DNA from: Planctomycetota bacterium
GTDB taxonomy: Bacteria; Planctomycetota; B15-G4; SIAN01
Direction of reading: 5' to 3'
Length of the DNA: 64,000 bases
Assembly (NCBI GenBank): GCA_031409275.1
Contig: JANNXA010000055.1
Span: 384,001-448,000, forward strand
Below, piece by piece: positions 1 to 11,032 of the stretch; position 1 is the first letter of the stretch; every line of letters starts with the position of its first letter. The notes below the pieces were generated by a model, which saw only the letters and a program-made list of their open reading frames with translations, had not been told where the DNA came from and ran no database searches. Made by a program: the position numbers and the translations under genes.

Positions 1-2
1 AG

Positions 3-908
<906 letters not shown>

Positions 909-925
909 CGACGGACGCCGCCCGC

Positions 926-1867
926 ATGGACGACGAAGCCGTCAGCGCCATCCTGCGGCAGGTCCGCCGCGTCGAGATCACCGCGCGTCGCGCGGTCGAT
1001 GAGCTCTTCGCCGGCCAGTACCACTCCGCGTTCCGCGGCCGCGGCATGGAGTTCGACGAGGTCCGCGAATACCAGCCCGGCGACGAGATACGGACCATCG
1101 ACTGGAACGTCACGGCACGCGCCGGCACGCCGTTCATCAAGCGCTTCCGCGAAGAGCGCGAGCTCACCGTCCTCTTCCTCGTCGACGCCTCGGGCTCGGC
1201 GGCGTTCGGCAGCGGAGCGCAGGCGCGCCACGTGGCGCAAGCCAAGTGCGCGGCGCTGCTGATGTTCACCGCGCTCGCCAACCAGGACAAAGTCGGGCTC
1301 GCCACCTTCGCCGATCAGCCGGGCACCTTCTTCCCTCCGCGCAAAGGTCGCGGCGCCGTGATGCGCCTCGTCCGCGAACTCTTCACGCCCGCCCCGCCGC
1401 GCCGCGGCACCGCCATCGCACCGGCGCTCGACTGGCTGAACCGCGTGCAGAAGCGGCGTTGCGTGCTGTTCGTTCTTTCCGATTGGCTCGACCCGGCCGC
1501 CGCCACCCCCGCTTTCGAGCGCACGCTGGCCGTCACGGCCCGCCGCCATGACGTCGTTGCCGTGGTCCTCTCCGATCGTCGCGAACAGGAGCTGCCGAAC
1601 GTCGGCCTCGTGGAGGTCGAGGACCTCGAGACGGGCGCGCGCGGCGAACTCGACAGCGCCAGCGCCACGGTGCGCGAGTGGTACCGAACGCGGCAACGGC
1701 AGCGCCACGACGAGCGCCTGGCCCGTCTGCACCGCTGCGGGGCAGACGTGCTGCCGGTGACCTTGCCCGACGCGGCTCCTGCCGATCGCAGCGGGCGCGA
1801 TCCGCTGCTCGACGCCTTCGGCGCGGAGCTGCAAGCCCTCTTCCGTCGTCGCGGGCGCCGCCGATGA
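926..1867 (+). CDS. DUF58 (VWA-like) protein
   Basis: G.YHSAFRGRGMEFDEVREYQPGDEIRTIDWNVTAR signature; directly follows MoxR; ATG at 926. Confidence 0.93.
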   Translation: MDDEAVSAILRQVRRVEITARRAVDELFAGQYHSAFRGRGMEFDEVREYQPGDEIRTIDWNVTARAGTPFIKRFREERELTVLFLVDASGSAAFGSGAQARHVAQAKCAALLMFTALANQDKVGLATFADQPGTFFPPRKGRGAVMRLVRELFTPAPPRRGTAIAPALDWLNRVQKRRCVLFVLSDWLDPAAATPAFERTLAVTARRHDVVAVVLSDRREQELPNVGLVEVEDLETGARGELDSASATVREWYRTRQRQRHDERLARLHRCGADVLPVTLPDAAPADRSGRDPLLDAFGAELQALFRRRGRRR

Positions 1868-2808
1868 GCGCACGCGCCACCCGTACGCAGTCACCCCCTC
1901 CCGCCGACGCGCCGCTGCGCTCCGCCGTCGCGACGAAGGGCCCCGTCTCGGCGTGGCTCGAGGTGGCGCCAGCGAAGCCACGCCTCTCCGACGAGCCGAC
2001 GTTGACGCTGGTCATCGAGGTGGAGCCGGGCATCACCGTCGAGCCGCCGCCCTTTGGCGACGTCATCGCCGACTTCGCGATCCGCGGCCTCCACTCCCCG
2101 CTGCCGCAGTCGGTGAACGGGCGCGAACAGCAACGCCACGAGTTCCGCCTCGAACCGCTCTCGTCCGGGACGCACGTCATCCTGCCGATCCCGCTCGCCT
2201 TCATCGACACGCGCAAGGAGGGCGACGGACAACGTCACGTCCTCGAAACGGAGTCGCTGTCGGTCGACATAGCCGCACTCGAAGGAGCGAGCGTCCCGTC
2301 GCTCGCCGACCTCGCGCCGAGCGAGGCGCCGGTCGAGCTGCCGCGTGAGCGATCGCTGCTCGAATGGTCGATCGGCGGCGGCGCGCTGCTCGTGCTGCTG
2401 CTCGCGTGGGTGGCGTGGCGACGCCGACGCCAGCGCGCGGCGCCCCCGCCGACGCCGCTCGAACTGGCGCAGCGCGAGCTCGCGGCGCTGCTCGCCGCCG
2501 ACCCGGACGGCACGCGCGACGTGAAGCGCTTCTACGTCGAGCTCACGGCCATCGTCCGCCGCCATGTCGAGCGCACCACCGCGGTGAAGGCGCCGGAACA
2601 GACGACCGCGGAGTTCCTGCGCGCGATGCAAGGACACCCCGCCTTCGACACCAGCCGGCGCGAGCGGCTGACCGCGTTCCTGGAAGCGGCCGACCTCGTC
2701 AAGTTCGCCGGCCAATTGCCGCACGCGAGCGCCATCGCAGCCAGCATCGAGCGCGCGCGCGAGTTCCTGATCGCCTTCGCGGCGCCGGCGCCGGGGGCGA
2801 TGGCATGA
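1864..2808 (+). CDS. Bat-operon membrane protein (DUF4381/BatD-like Ig domain + TM + helical domain)
   Basis: ATGA overlap with DUF58; single TM; C-terminal 'FYVELTAIVRRHVE..EQTTAEFL..ADLVKFA' typical of this operon position. Confidence 0.75.
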   Translation: MSARATRTQSPPPADAPLRSAVATKGPVSAWLEVAPAKPRLSDEPTLTLVIEVEPGITVEPPPFGDVIADFAIRGLHSPLPQSVNGREQQRHEFRLEPLSSGTHVILPIPLAFIDTRKEGDGQRHVLETESLSVDIAALEGASVPSLADLAPSEAPVELPRERSLLEWSIGGGALLVLLLAWVAWRRRRQRAAPPPTPLELAQRELAALLAADPDGTRDVKRFYVELTAIVRRHVERTTAVKAPEQTTAEFLRAMQGHPAFDTSRRERLTAFLEAADLVKFAGQLPHASAIAASIERAREFLIAFAAPAPGAMA

Positions 2809-3872
2809 ACGGCCTGCGTTTTGGCGAACCGCTGGCTTTGCTGACGCTGCTGCCGCTGCTCCTTGCGTTGTGGTGGCGGGCGCGGCACGGCACCCCCCGC
2901 GTGCTCATCAGCAGCGCGGAGCTCTTCGCCGGCGCGCCGCGCACCGTCGCGCAGCGAGTCGCGACCGGGTTGCGCCGACTCCACGGCGTCGCGCTCGTGC
3001 TGCTCGTGGTCGCGCTGGCGCGACCGCAGCGCGGCCTCGAAGAGCATCGTGTCCGCAGCGAAGCGATCGCCATCGTGATGGCGATCGACCGCTCCGATTC
3101 GATGCGCGCGCTCGATTTCGAGATCGACGGCCAGCGCCAGGATCGGCTCACCGTCGTGAAGCGGGTGTTCCGCGACTTCGTGACCGGCGGGGACGAACTC
3201 GGCGGCCGCCCCGATGACCTGATCGGGCTGGTCTCGTTTGGCGGCTGGCCGGAAGAGCGCTGCCCGTTGACGCTCGACCATGGGGCGCTGCTGCAGTCGC
3301 TCGACGCGATCGTGATCCCGGAGCCGTGGCGCGACGCGCGCGGCCAGCCGGTCGCCGACGAGCTCTACAACGAGTCGGTCAGCACCGCGATCGGCGACGC
3401 GCTCGCGCTCGCCGTCGAGCGCGTCCAGTCGACACCGGCGAAGAGCAAGGTCGTGGTGCTGCTCTCCGACGGCGAGCAGACCGCCGGCCTGCTCGAACCG
3501 CTGGCGGCCGCGACCGCGGCGCGCGACCTCGGCGTCAAGGTGCACACCATCGGCGTCGGCACCACCGGCGTCGTCCCCTTCCCGCAACGCGATCGCTTCG
3601 GCAGCGTGAGCTACGTGGCGCAACGGGTCCGCCTCGACGAAGCGACGCTGCGCGAGGTCGCCGAAACGACGGGCGGCCGGTACTGGAATGCGCAGGATCG
3701 CGCGACGCTGGCGCGCGTCTACCAGGAGATCGACACGCTCGAGAAGACGGCGATCGAAGGGGTCGCCTACACCGAATGGAGCGAGCTCTACCGCTGGCTG
3801 CTGCTCCCCGCGGCGCTGCTCTTCGTGCTCGACAGCGTGCTGGCCGCGACCCGATTGCGGACGCTGCCATGA
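2805..3872 (+). CDS. batA: BatA-like VWA domain membrane protein
   Basis: N-terminal BatA TM (ALARPQ), MIDAS-like DRSDSM, TAIGDAL, LLSDGE, C-terminal TM. Confidence 0.9.
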   Translation: MNGLRFGEPLALLTLLPLLLALWWRARHGTPRVLISSAELFAGAPRTVAQRVATGLRRLHGVALVLLVVALARPQRGLEEHRVRSEAIAIVMAIDRSDSMRALDFEIDGQRQDRLTVVKRVFRDFVTGGDELGGRPDDLIGLVSFGGWPEERCPLTLDHGALLQSLDAIVIPEPWRDARGQPVADELYNESVSTAIGDALALAVERVQSTPAKSKVVVLLSDGEQTAGLLEPLAAATAARDLGVKVHTIGVGTTGVVPFPQRDRFGSVSYVAQRVRLDEATLREVAETTGGRYWNAQDRATLARVYQEIDTLEKTAIEGVAYTEWSELYRWLLLPAALLFVLDSVLAATRLRTLP

Positions 3873-6550
3873 GCCTCGCGATGATGGAGACGCTCCTCTT
3901 CGACGAGCCGCGCTGGCTGCAAGCACTGTGGCTGCTGCTGCCGCTCGGCTGGCTGCTGGTCCGCGCCGAACGCAAGCGCCGGGCGGCGGCGGCCGCCTTC
4001 GCTGCGCCGGCGCTGGCCGCGCAGCTGTTGCCGCCGTTGCACGGCGCGCGCCCCTGGCTGCGCGGCTCGTGCCAACTGCTCGGCGTCGCCGCGCTGCTGG
4101 TGGCCAGCGCTGGACCGCGACTGGGCTTGAGGGTCGAGCCGACCCAGCAGCGCGGCGCCGATCTCCTGGTCCTGCTCGATGTGAGCCGCTCGATGCTGTC
4201 GGAAGACGTCGCGCCCAACCGCCTCGAACGGGCGCGCTCCGACGTGCAGGATCTCGTCACGCGACTCGAAGGCCATCGCCTCGGCCTCGTGCTGTTCGCG
4301 GGCAAGGCGCTGCTGGCGTGTCCGCTCACCTTCGATCGCGCCTTCTTCCTCGCGGCGCTCGAGCGGGCCGGGCCGGGGAGCGCGCCGCTCGGAGGCACCG
4401 CCATCGGCGACGCGTTGCGCACGGCGCTCGAAGCGCTGCCGCCGGCGGGCGACCGTGAACAGGCGCTGCTGCTGATCACCGACGGCGAAGACCACGACTC
4501 CTTTCCGCTCGAAGCGGCGCGCCAGGCGGCGGATCGTGGCATCCTCATCTTCACCGTGGGATTGGGCGATCCGAACGAAGGCGCGCGCGTGCCGACTACG
4601 ACCGCGGCGGTCGCCGGCAGCGCGACGTTCCTCAAGCATGACGGTCAGGAGGTCTGGTCGAAGATGCAGGAAGGGCTGCTGCGCGACATGGCCACGACCA
4701 CTGGCGGCGCCTACGTCCCGGCCCGCACTCAGCACTTCGACCTCGGCGAACTCTACGTCGACCACCTCGCGAAGCTGCGCCGCGGCGACCTCGGCACCAC
4801 CCGCCGCCAGCGCCACACCGCCCGCTTCCCATGGTTGATCGGAACCGGGCTCGCGCTGCTGCTCGCCGCACGACTGCTGGCGCCGCTGACTTGCGCACCG
4901 GCCGCCCGCCGTCTTGCAGCGCTCGCGCTGCTGCTGCTGGCCGGCAACGGCACGGCGCGCGCGGGCGATGCGCCGGCCGCGGTCGCGGAAGGGATCGCCC
5001 ACTTCGAGAAGGGCGACACCGCCGCCGCCATCGAGCGCTTCGACGCCGCCGCGCAGCTCGACCCGCGCGCGCTCGCCATCGTCTTCGATCGCGGCTGCGC
5101 GAAGCTGAAGGCGGGCGATCGCGACGGCGCCGTCGCGGACTTCCTGCGCGCCGCCACGGCGCGCGATCCAGCGCTCGCGGCGAAGGCGCGATTCAACCTC
5201 GGCGCCACCGCCGTCGATCGAGCGCAGGCGGCGCTCGGCGCCACGCCGGAAGAGGCGAAGGGCGAGGCGCGGACGAACGCCGTGGCCGCGCTCGAAGAGG
5301 CGATCGGCCACTACCGCTCCTGCCTGGCCATCGCGCCCGACCACGTCGCGGCGCGCCAGAACCTTGAGAAGCTCAAGCTCTGGCTCAAGTACATGGAAGA
5401 GACGTGGGCACGACGCGACCGCGAGCGGCGGCGCGAGGAACTCGACGTCGGTGCGTTCCTCGACTGGTTGCGCGAGGAGGAGGGGCGCTGGCGCGATTCG
5501 GTGCGCCCGCTCGCGGCGACCGCTGACTCGCCGCTGCGCCGGACGGCGGTCGATGCGCTCGCACGCGCCCAACGCGACCTGCGCGGCGAGTTGCCGACGC
5601 TCCGGTCGAAGCTCGCGAAAGCGGTGCAGGATGCCGCGGCGCAGGCGCAGTCGGCGGCGTCGGGTGGCGCCCCGCCCGACCCCAACGGCCCGCCGTCGCC
5701 ACCCGTTCCGCCCGCGCCATCCCCCGATCCAGCGGCCTTCGAAGCAGCGCTGCGCGGACTCGTCGCGGCGGTCGACGCGATCGACGCGACCATGGAGCAG
5801 GCGGGCGGCGCGCTGGCGGCGGCGCGCTTCGCCGAGTGCGATCGCGCCGGTTTCGGCGCCCAGCAGCAGCTCGAAGCACTCTGGTTCACGTTGGCCGACC
5901 TCGCCTCGCTGATCCGGCGCGGCGACTCGCTCGCGACGCCGGCGCTCGCCGCCACCGAACCGTTCGCGCAACCAGGCGCCGCCTCGCTTTCAAGCGACGC
6001 GGAAGCGAAGCGCAAGCTGCAGGAACTCGACGCGCGCCTCGCGGCGCTGGCGCCGCTGCTGGCACCGCATGCGCAAGCGCAGCAGGGCGACGAAGCGCTT
6101 GCCGCCGTCGCCGCGCGCGCCATTGAACTCGCGCCGGCGATCGAGGCCGCCACTCAGCTCGCCGCACAACGGGTCGCCGCGGACGACGGCGCCGGCGCGC
6201 TGCCGCCCGCGCAGGAGGCGCAGCGACTGCTGCGCGAGCTGCTCGACCTGCTGCCCAAGGACGACAAGCAGGACGACAAACAGGACGAGAAGAAAGACGA
6301 GAAGAAGGACGACTCGAACGATCCGAAGCAGGACCCTTCGCAGCCCGAAGATGCGTCGTCGAAGGACGAGAAGAAGCCGCCGGAGTCTCCTTCGGAGAAG
6401 GACGGCGAGCGCTCGCCCGAGGAGCGCAAGGAGCAGGCGCAGACACTGGTGCGCCGCGCCCTGGAACGCGCGCGCCAGAAGGCGGACGAGCAGAAGAAGG
6501 CGCAGGAGGCGATCCTGCTGGGACGCGGAGCGGTCGATCGTGACTGGTGA
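3869..6550 (+). CDS. batB: BatB-like VWA domain fused to BatC-like TPR/helical region
   Basis: DVSRSM..EDVAPNRL, PLT.D, GTAIGDAL, ITDGEDH; then TPRs (ARFNLG, ARQNLE), a D/K/E-rich linker and C-terminal DRDW. Confidence 0.85.
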   Translation: MSLAMMETLLFDEPRWLQALWLLLPLGWLLVRAERKRRAAAAAFAAPALAAQLLPPLHGARPWLRGSCQLLGVAALLVASAGPRLGLRVEPTQQRGADLLVLLDVSRSMLSEDVAPNRLERARSDVQDLVTRLEGHRLGLVLFAGKALLACPLTFDRAFFLAALERAGPGSAPLGGTAIGDALRTALEALPPAGDREQALLLITDGEDHDSFPLEAARQAADRGILIFTVGLGDPNEGARVPTTTAAVAGSATFLKHDGQEVWSKMQEGLLRDMATTTGGAYVPARTQHFDLGELYVDHLAKLRRGDLGTTRRQRHTARFPWLIGTGLALLLAARLLAPLTCAPAARRLAALALLLLAGNGTARAGDAPAAVAEGIAHFEKGDTAAAIERFDAAAQLDPRALAIVFDRGCAKLKAGDRDGAVADFLRAATARDPALAAKARFNLGATAVDRAQAALGATPEEAKGEARTNAVAALEEAIGHYRSCLAIAPDHVAARQNLEKLKLWLKYMEETWARRDRERRREELDVGAFLDWLREEEGRWRDSVRPLAATADSPLRRTAVDALARAQRDLRGELPTLRSKLAKAVQDAAAQAQSAASGGAPPDPNGPPSPPVPPAPSPDPAAFEAALRGLVAAVDAIDATMEQAGGALAAARFAECDRAGFGAQQQLEALWFTLADLASLIRRGDSLATPALAATEPFAQPGAASLSSDAEAKRKLQELDARLAALAPLLAPHAQAQQGDEALAAVAARAIELAPAIEAATQLAAQRVAADDGAGALPPAQEAQRLLRELLDLLPKDDKQDDKQDEKKDEKKDDSNDPKQDPSQPEDASSKDEKKPPESPSEKDGERSPEERKEQAQTLVRRALERARQKADEQKKAQEAILLGRGAVDRDW

Positions 6551-8492
6551 AGCGACGCGCCCTCGATCGCGCCTCGCGCGCTGGCTCGGGCTGATGGCCG
6601 CGAGCTGGTTGTTGGCGACGACCGCGGTCGCGCAAACGGTGCGCGTCGAGTGCAAGCTCGACCGCGACTCGATCTTCGAAGGCGAGGCGGTCGGCTACCA
6701 GGTCTCGGTCCTCGACGGCGAGGCCTCCGAGCCCGACCTCTCGAACTTCACCGAGTTCACGGTCGCCGCGCAGGGTTCGCAGAGCGTCAACTCGAGCATG
6801 ATCGAGATCGTCAACGGTCGTCGCCGCCGCACGGAACGAGTCGGAATGGAGTACCGCTACCGACTCACCCCCAAGCGCAGCGGCCGCCTCGTCGTGCCAG
6901 CTCCGAGCGTCGTGGCCGGCACCACGACGATCGCCGGCCAGCCGCTCGACCTTTCGGTGGTGCCACCGACCGATGATGGTCGCACGCGACTCGTGCTCGA
7001 CCTTGAACCCGAGCAGGTCTACCCGCAGCGCCCGGTGACGCTGCGACTGCGCCTCTTCGTTCGGCGGCCCAGCGGCGACAGCGAACGGCGCGACCCGATC
7101 GAGCTGCTTGGCCAGCTCGAATCGCCCGATCCGCCGCAAGTGCAGCTGCCCTGGCTCGAACTCGAGACGGGACTCGACGCGGAGCCCTGGCGCGAGTGGC
7201 TCACCAAGCTCCAATCGCGATCGCGTCGCAGCGGTTTCGCCATCAACGAGCTGCAGGCAGCGGGGATGCCGCTGATGCTGTTCGACGACGCGCCGCGCTA
7301 CGCCACCTTCGACCTCGGCGGCCGCGCGCCACGCGCCGACGAGGCGGAACTCCTCGCCGATGCGGGTGGCGCCGGCGAATGGACCGTCTACCAGCTGATC
7401 CGCGAGTTCACGCCGCGCCGCAGCGGCCGCTACGAGTTCGCGCCGGCGACCCTCAAAGGACGCTTCATCGAGCGCATCGACAGTCGCCGCGCCACGCTCG
7501 CCGAGGCCTTTGCCCGCAGCAATCCCGTGACGCTGATCGTCGATGCGGCGCCGACCGAGGGACGGCCGGAGGGCTACACCAACGCGATCGGCGACTTCTC
7601 GCTCGAGGCGAAGGTGACCCCGACGCGCGCGCACGTCGGCGACCCGCTCACGCTGACGTTGCGCGTCCGCGGCAGCGGCAACCTCGACGAGCTCTCGCCG
7701 CCCGACCTCGCGGCGCGACCCGAATTCGCGCAGGCGTTCCGTCTGCACCCTGCCAGCGCCGAGATGGAGGGAGGAACCCGGCTCTTCACGTGGAGCCTGC
7801 GCGCGCTGACCGCGAACGTCGCGGCCGTTCCGCCACTTCACTACTCGTGGTTCGATCCAGCGCGCCGGGAGTTCGTCGAACGCAGCACCCCGGCGCTACC
7901 GCTCGCCATCGAAGAAGCGGTCGCCCTCGACCCAGCGACGATCGTCGCCGCTCCTTCCGCGGCAGCACCGATCGCCGCGCAGGAGGGCGGCTGGTTCGCC
8001 CATCCGACCGACCCGACGCTGCTTGGCAACGAGGCGGTCGACTGGCGCGCCATCGCGCTCGCCGCGGGCGGCATGCCCGTGCTGACGCTCGGACTGCGCC
8101 TCGTGGTCGACCGCTCGCGGCGACGCCGCTCCGACCCGCGCGTGCAGCGCCGCGCGCGCGCCGGCGCCCGCGTGCAGCAGCGACTGACGACGTTGGCGTC
8201 GACACGGGAAGGCAAGACGCTCGCGCGTGAGCTGCGCGCGGCGCTGCTCGGGTTCGTCGCGGACACCGTCGACCGCGAGGAGGCCGCGCTCACCGCGCGC
8301 GAAGCGGAGGAGGCGTTGCGCGGGCTCGGCGTCGATGCGGCGCTCGCCACGCGGCTGCGTGCCGCCATCGAGGAGTGGGAGGCGCAGGCTTACGCCCCGA
8401 CCGCGGCGGGCGGCGCCCCGTCGCTCGAGCGCGCGCAATCGCTGGCACGCGAGCTTGCCGAAGCAACCGCGCGCGGCGGAGTTCGCGCATGA
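6540..8492 (+). CDS. batD: BatD-family protein (Ig-like repeats, C-terminal TM)
   Basis: Signal-like N-terminus; 'AIGDFSLEAKVTPT..VGDPLTLTLRVRGSGNL', 'YSWFDP'; start may be GTG 6540 or ATG 6594. Confidence 0.85.
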   Translation: MTGEATRPRSRLARWLGLMAASWLLATTAVAQTVRVECKLDRDSIFEGEAVGYQVSVLDGEASEPDLSNFTEFTVAAQGSQSVNSSMIEIVNGRRRRTERVGMEYRYRLTPKRSGRLVVPAPSVVAGTTTIAGQPLDLSVVPPTDDGRTRLVLDLEPEQVYPQRPVTLRLRLFVRRPSGDSERRDPIELLGQLESPDPPQVQLPWLELETGLDAEPWREWLTKLQSRSRRSGFAINELQAAGMPLMLFDDAPRYATFDLGGRAPRADEAELLADAGGAGEWTVYQLIREFTPRRSGRYEFAPATLKGRFIERIDSRRATLAEAFARSNPVTLIVDAAPTEGRPEGYTNAIGDFSLEAKVTPTRAHVGDPLTLTLRVRGSGNLDELSPPDLAARPEFAQAFRLHPASAEMEGGTRLFTWSLRALTANVAAVPPLHYSWFDPARREFVERSTPALPLAIEEAVALDPATIVAAPSAAAPIAAQEGGWFAHPTDPTLLGNEAVDWRAIALAAGGMPVLTLGLRLVVDRSRRRRSDPRVQRRARAGARVQQRLTTLASTREGKTLARELRAALLGFVADTVDREEAALTAREAEEALRGLGVDAALATRLRAAIEEWEAQAYAPTAAGGAPSLERAQSLARELAEATARGGVRA

Positions 8493-9250
8493 CACGGCTC
8501 CTGCTGCTCCTCGCATTCCTTGGCGCGACCGCGGGTTGTCGTCGCGGCGTCGATGGAACCACCGCGCAGCTCTTCCTGCAGGGGAACGAGCGGCTCGCGC
8601 AAGCGCAGACCGCGGACGATTGCCGCGCGGCAGCGGCGCGCTTCGAGGCGGCGCTCGAGAGCGGCGGCGAGAACGGAGTCGTGCTGCAGGCGTTGGGCAA
8701 CGCTTACGGCCGCGCGGGCGAGAAGGGCGAAGCGATCGCCGCGTGGCGGCGCGCGCAGTTGCATCGACCGCGCGATCCGCTGCTGGCCGCCAACCTCGCC
8801 CAGATGCGCCAGGGTCTGCCGCACGAGCCGACGGCGCTGATCGATGAACTCTTTTTCTGGCGCGTTTCGACGAGCTATGGCGAACAGGCGGCCGCGCTGC
8901 TGATCGCAGTGCTGCTCGCATGCGCCGCCGCGACGGCGGCGACCTTTTCGCCGCGGCACCGTGGCGCGCTGCGCCCGTTCGTGGGCGGCGCAACGCTGCT
9001 CGCGCTGCTGGCGGCCGCCGGATTCGCGCGCACGGTGCAAGTCGCGGATCTTGTCCGCCACGGGGTCGTGACGCGCGATGAGGTCGTGGCGCGCAAGGGC
9101 GACGGCGACAACTTCGAGGCGGCCTTCACTGCCCCGCTTGGCGACGGGACCGAGTGCCGCATCCTCGAAGAGCGTGGCGACTGGCGGCTGATCGAGCTGC
9201 CAGGGGGCCTGCGCGGCTGGTTGCGAGCCGACTGCCTCGCCAGCCGGTGA
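8489..9250 (+). CDS. batE: BatE-like TPR + TM + SH3-like protein
   Basis: TPR (LGNAY..GEAI.AWRRA...PRD), two TMs, C-terminal SH3b-like 'LGDGTECRILEERGDWRLIELPGGLRGWL'. Confidence 0.85.
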   Translation: MTRLLLLLAFLGATAGCRRGVDGTTAQLFLQGNERLAQAQTADDCRAAAARFEAALESGGENGVVLQALGNAYGRAGEKGEAIAAWRRAQLHRPRDPLLAANLAQMRQGLPHEPTALIDELFFWRVSTSYGEQAAALLIAVLLACAAATAATFSPRHRGALRPFVGGATLLALLAAAGFARTVQVADLVRHGVVTRDEVVARKGDGDNFEAAFTAPLGDGTECRILEERGDWRLIELPGGLRGWLRADCLASR

Positions 9251-9313
9251 ACGGCCGGGGCCACGGCCGGCGCCGCTACGATCCCTTCTCCACCCCTCGC
9301 GACAGGAGCCTCC

Positions 9314-11032
9314 ATGGCCTCGCCATCACGCCGCCCGGTTCGCCGCGCTCCGGTCGAGGAAGAGGAGATCGTGCCGAGCCGCGGCAGCGGCGCAGCGCGG
9401 CGCAAAGCGGCGGCGAAGCAGGGCCTGCCGATGGTGCCGCTCGCGATCGGGGGCGGCATCGTCCTCCTGATCGTCGTGGTGGTGTTGATGATGAAGCGCC
9501 ACGCGCCAGCGCCGGAGCCGACGCCGATCGGATCCGCGGCCGCGAACGGCGCCTCCGTGAACGCGGTCGCGACGAAGCAGGACGCGGCGCCGACGGCAGC
9601 GACCGGGGCGAGCGCGCCGCCACCGGCCCCCGTTGCGGCGCCGTTCGATCGGGCGAGCTACGAGGCGAAGGTCGCGGCGGCGGCCACCGCCGTCGAAGCG
9701 CTCGCGCTTGGCGAGCAGGCGGAGCGCAGCAGCAAGGAGGTCGCGCTCGCCGAGCTCGCCTACCAGAAAGCGCTCGCGCTCGAACCGAAGAACGCGGCGG
9801 CGCGTCGCAAGCTCGACGTGCGAGCGATCGACCCGCAGGCGGACTTCCCTAGACTCGACGAGATCCAGGGCAGCGCGCAGACCTATCTGCTGCGGCCGTT
9901 CCTCAAGCTGAAGGGCAAGGAGCTGTCGCGCAGCGAGCGCGCCGCCGAGGTCGCGCGCTGGACCAAGGAGCGCGTCGCCATCGACGCACGCATCGCCGAG
10001 GCGGCTGACGATCCGTTCCTCAACCGGATCGATCGCCTGCGCAACGACCTCGGCAACAAGCCCTTCTTCCAGGACTTCAACTACGAGGTGATCGAGAGCA
10101 CGCGCCCCTACGCGCTGTTCGTCGAGCTGAAAGGCGACACGCTGACGGAACGTGACGCGCGACGTGAAGCCGTGGAGGAGGCGTACGCGCCGTTCCTCGC
10201 GGCCTACGACCAGACGATCCACACCTACCTGAAGCCGCTCTCGCCGGCGCCACCGAAGGAAGATCCCACCTTCATCGTCTTCATCCTGCTGAACCGCGAG
10301 AGCTACGACCGTTTCTTCCTCGAGTTCGAGGACACGGCCGGCCCGCCCGGCATGCGTGCTCACTACACGCCGGTCGAGAAGTGGGCGTTCACCTATTCGC
10401 CGCAGGTCAGCAATCCGAAGGACCCAAGTTTCATCGAAGGCACGCAGTCGCTGCTGCACGAGCTGACGCACGCGTGGGTCGATCGCCTCGCGACCGGCGA
10501 TGGCGGCAAGACCTACTCGATCCGCACCGTCTTCACCCACTGGTTCAACGAAGGCATCGCCGAGTGGATGTCGTGCCAGGCGTGGGACGACGAGAAGGTG
10601 CTCTTCCGGCCATGGAAGTCGATGCGCATGCAGGAGCTCGCGCAACGACCCGCGGGCGTCCGCATCCCGCTGAAGCGGGCGCTGCGCGTGGTCCATTCCG
10701 GCGACCTCGGCAGCGAGGCGGCGCAAGTGGCGCGCGAGCAGAAGGTGGTCGATCCGGCCCAAGCCACGATGATCTGCATGAGCGGCTTCTACGCCGACAT
10801 GTGGCTCTTCATCTTCTGGCTCAACTTCGGCAACGACCGCAAGTACAAGCACCTGTTCGAGGAGTACGTGCGCAAGGAGTTCGCCGGCAACGGCGGCGCG
10901 GAAACGGCCGACCGGATCTTCGCCGAGGTCTTCGCGCGACAGAACCTCGAACAGGAGGTCGACGCGTTCCAGCAGGGCATCGCCAAGGGGACGATCCGCT
11001 TCGAGGACGCTCCGCTCGAGCTCGAGAAATGA
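9314..11032 (+). CDS. Membrane-anchored putative zinc metallopeptidase (gluzincin-like; DUF1570/peptidase MA-like)
   Basis: N-terminal TM, Pro/Ala linker, TPR-like segment, HELTH motif followed by WFNEGIAE. Confidence 0.65.
   Translation: MASPSRRPVRRAPVEEEEIVPSRGSGAARRKAAAKQGLPMVPLAIGGGIVLLIVVVVLMMKRHAPAPEPTPIGSAAANGASVNAVATKQDAAPTAATGASAPPPAPVAAPFDRASYEAKVAAAATAVEALALGEQAERSSKEVALAELAYQKALALEPKNAAARRKLDVRAIDPQADFPRLDEIQGSAQTYLLRPFLKLKGKELSRSERAAEVARWTKERVAIDARIAEAADDPFLNRIDRLRNDLGNKPFFQDFNYEVIESTRPYALFVELKGDTLTERDARREAVEEAYAPFLAAYDQTIHTYLKPLSPAPPKEDPTFIVFILLNRESYDRFFLEFEDTAGPPGMRAHYTPVEKWAFTYSPQVSNPKDPSFIEGTQSLLHELTHAWVDRLATGDGGKTYSIRTVFTHWFNEGIAEWMSCQAWDDEKVLFRPWKSMRMQELAQRPAGVRIPLKRALRVVHSGDLGSEAAQVAREQKVVDPAQATMICMSGFYADMWLFIFWLNFGNDRKYKHLFEEYVRKEFAGNGGAETADRIFAEVFARQNLEQEVDAFQQGIAKGTIRFEDAPLELEK

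Noticed and set aside
6255..6320. GACGA(C/G)AAG-like tandem repeats
   Set aside because: Low-complexity D/E/K/Q linker codons within the BatB-C fusion
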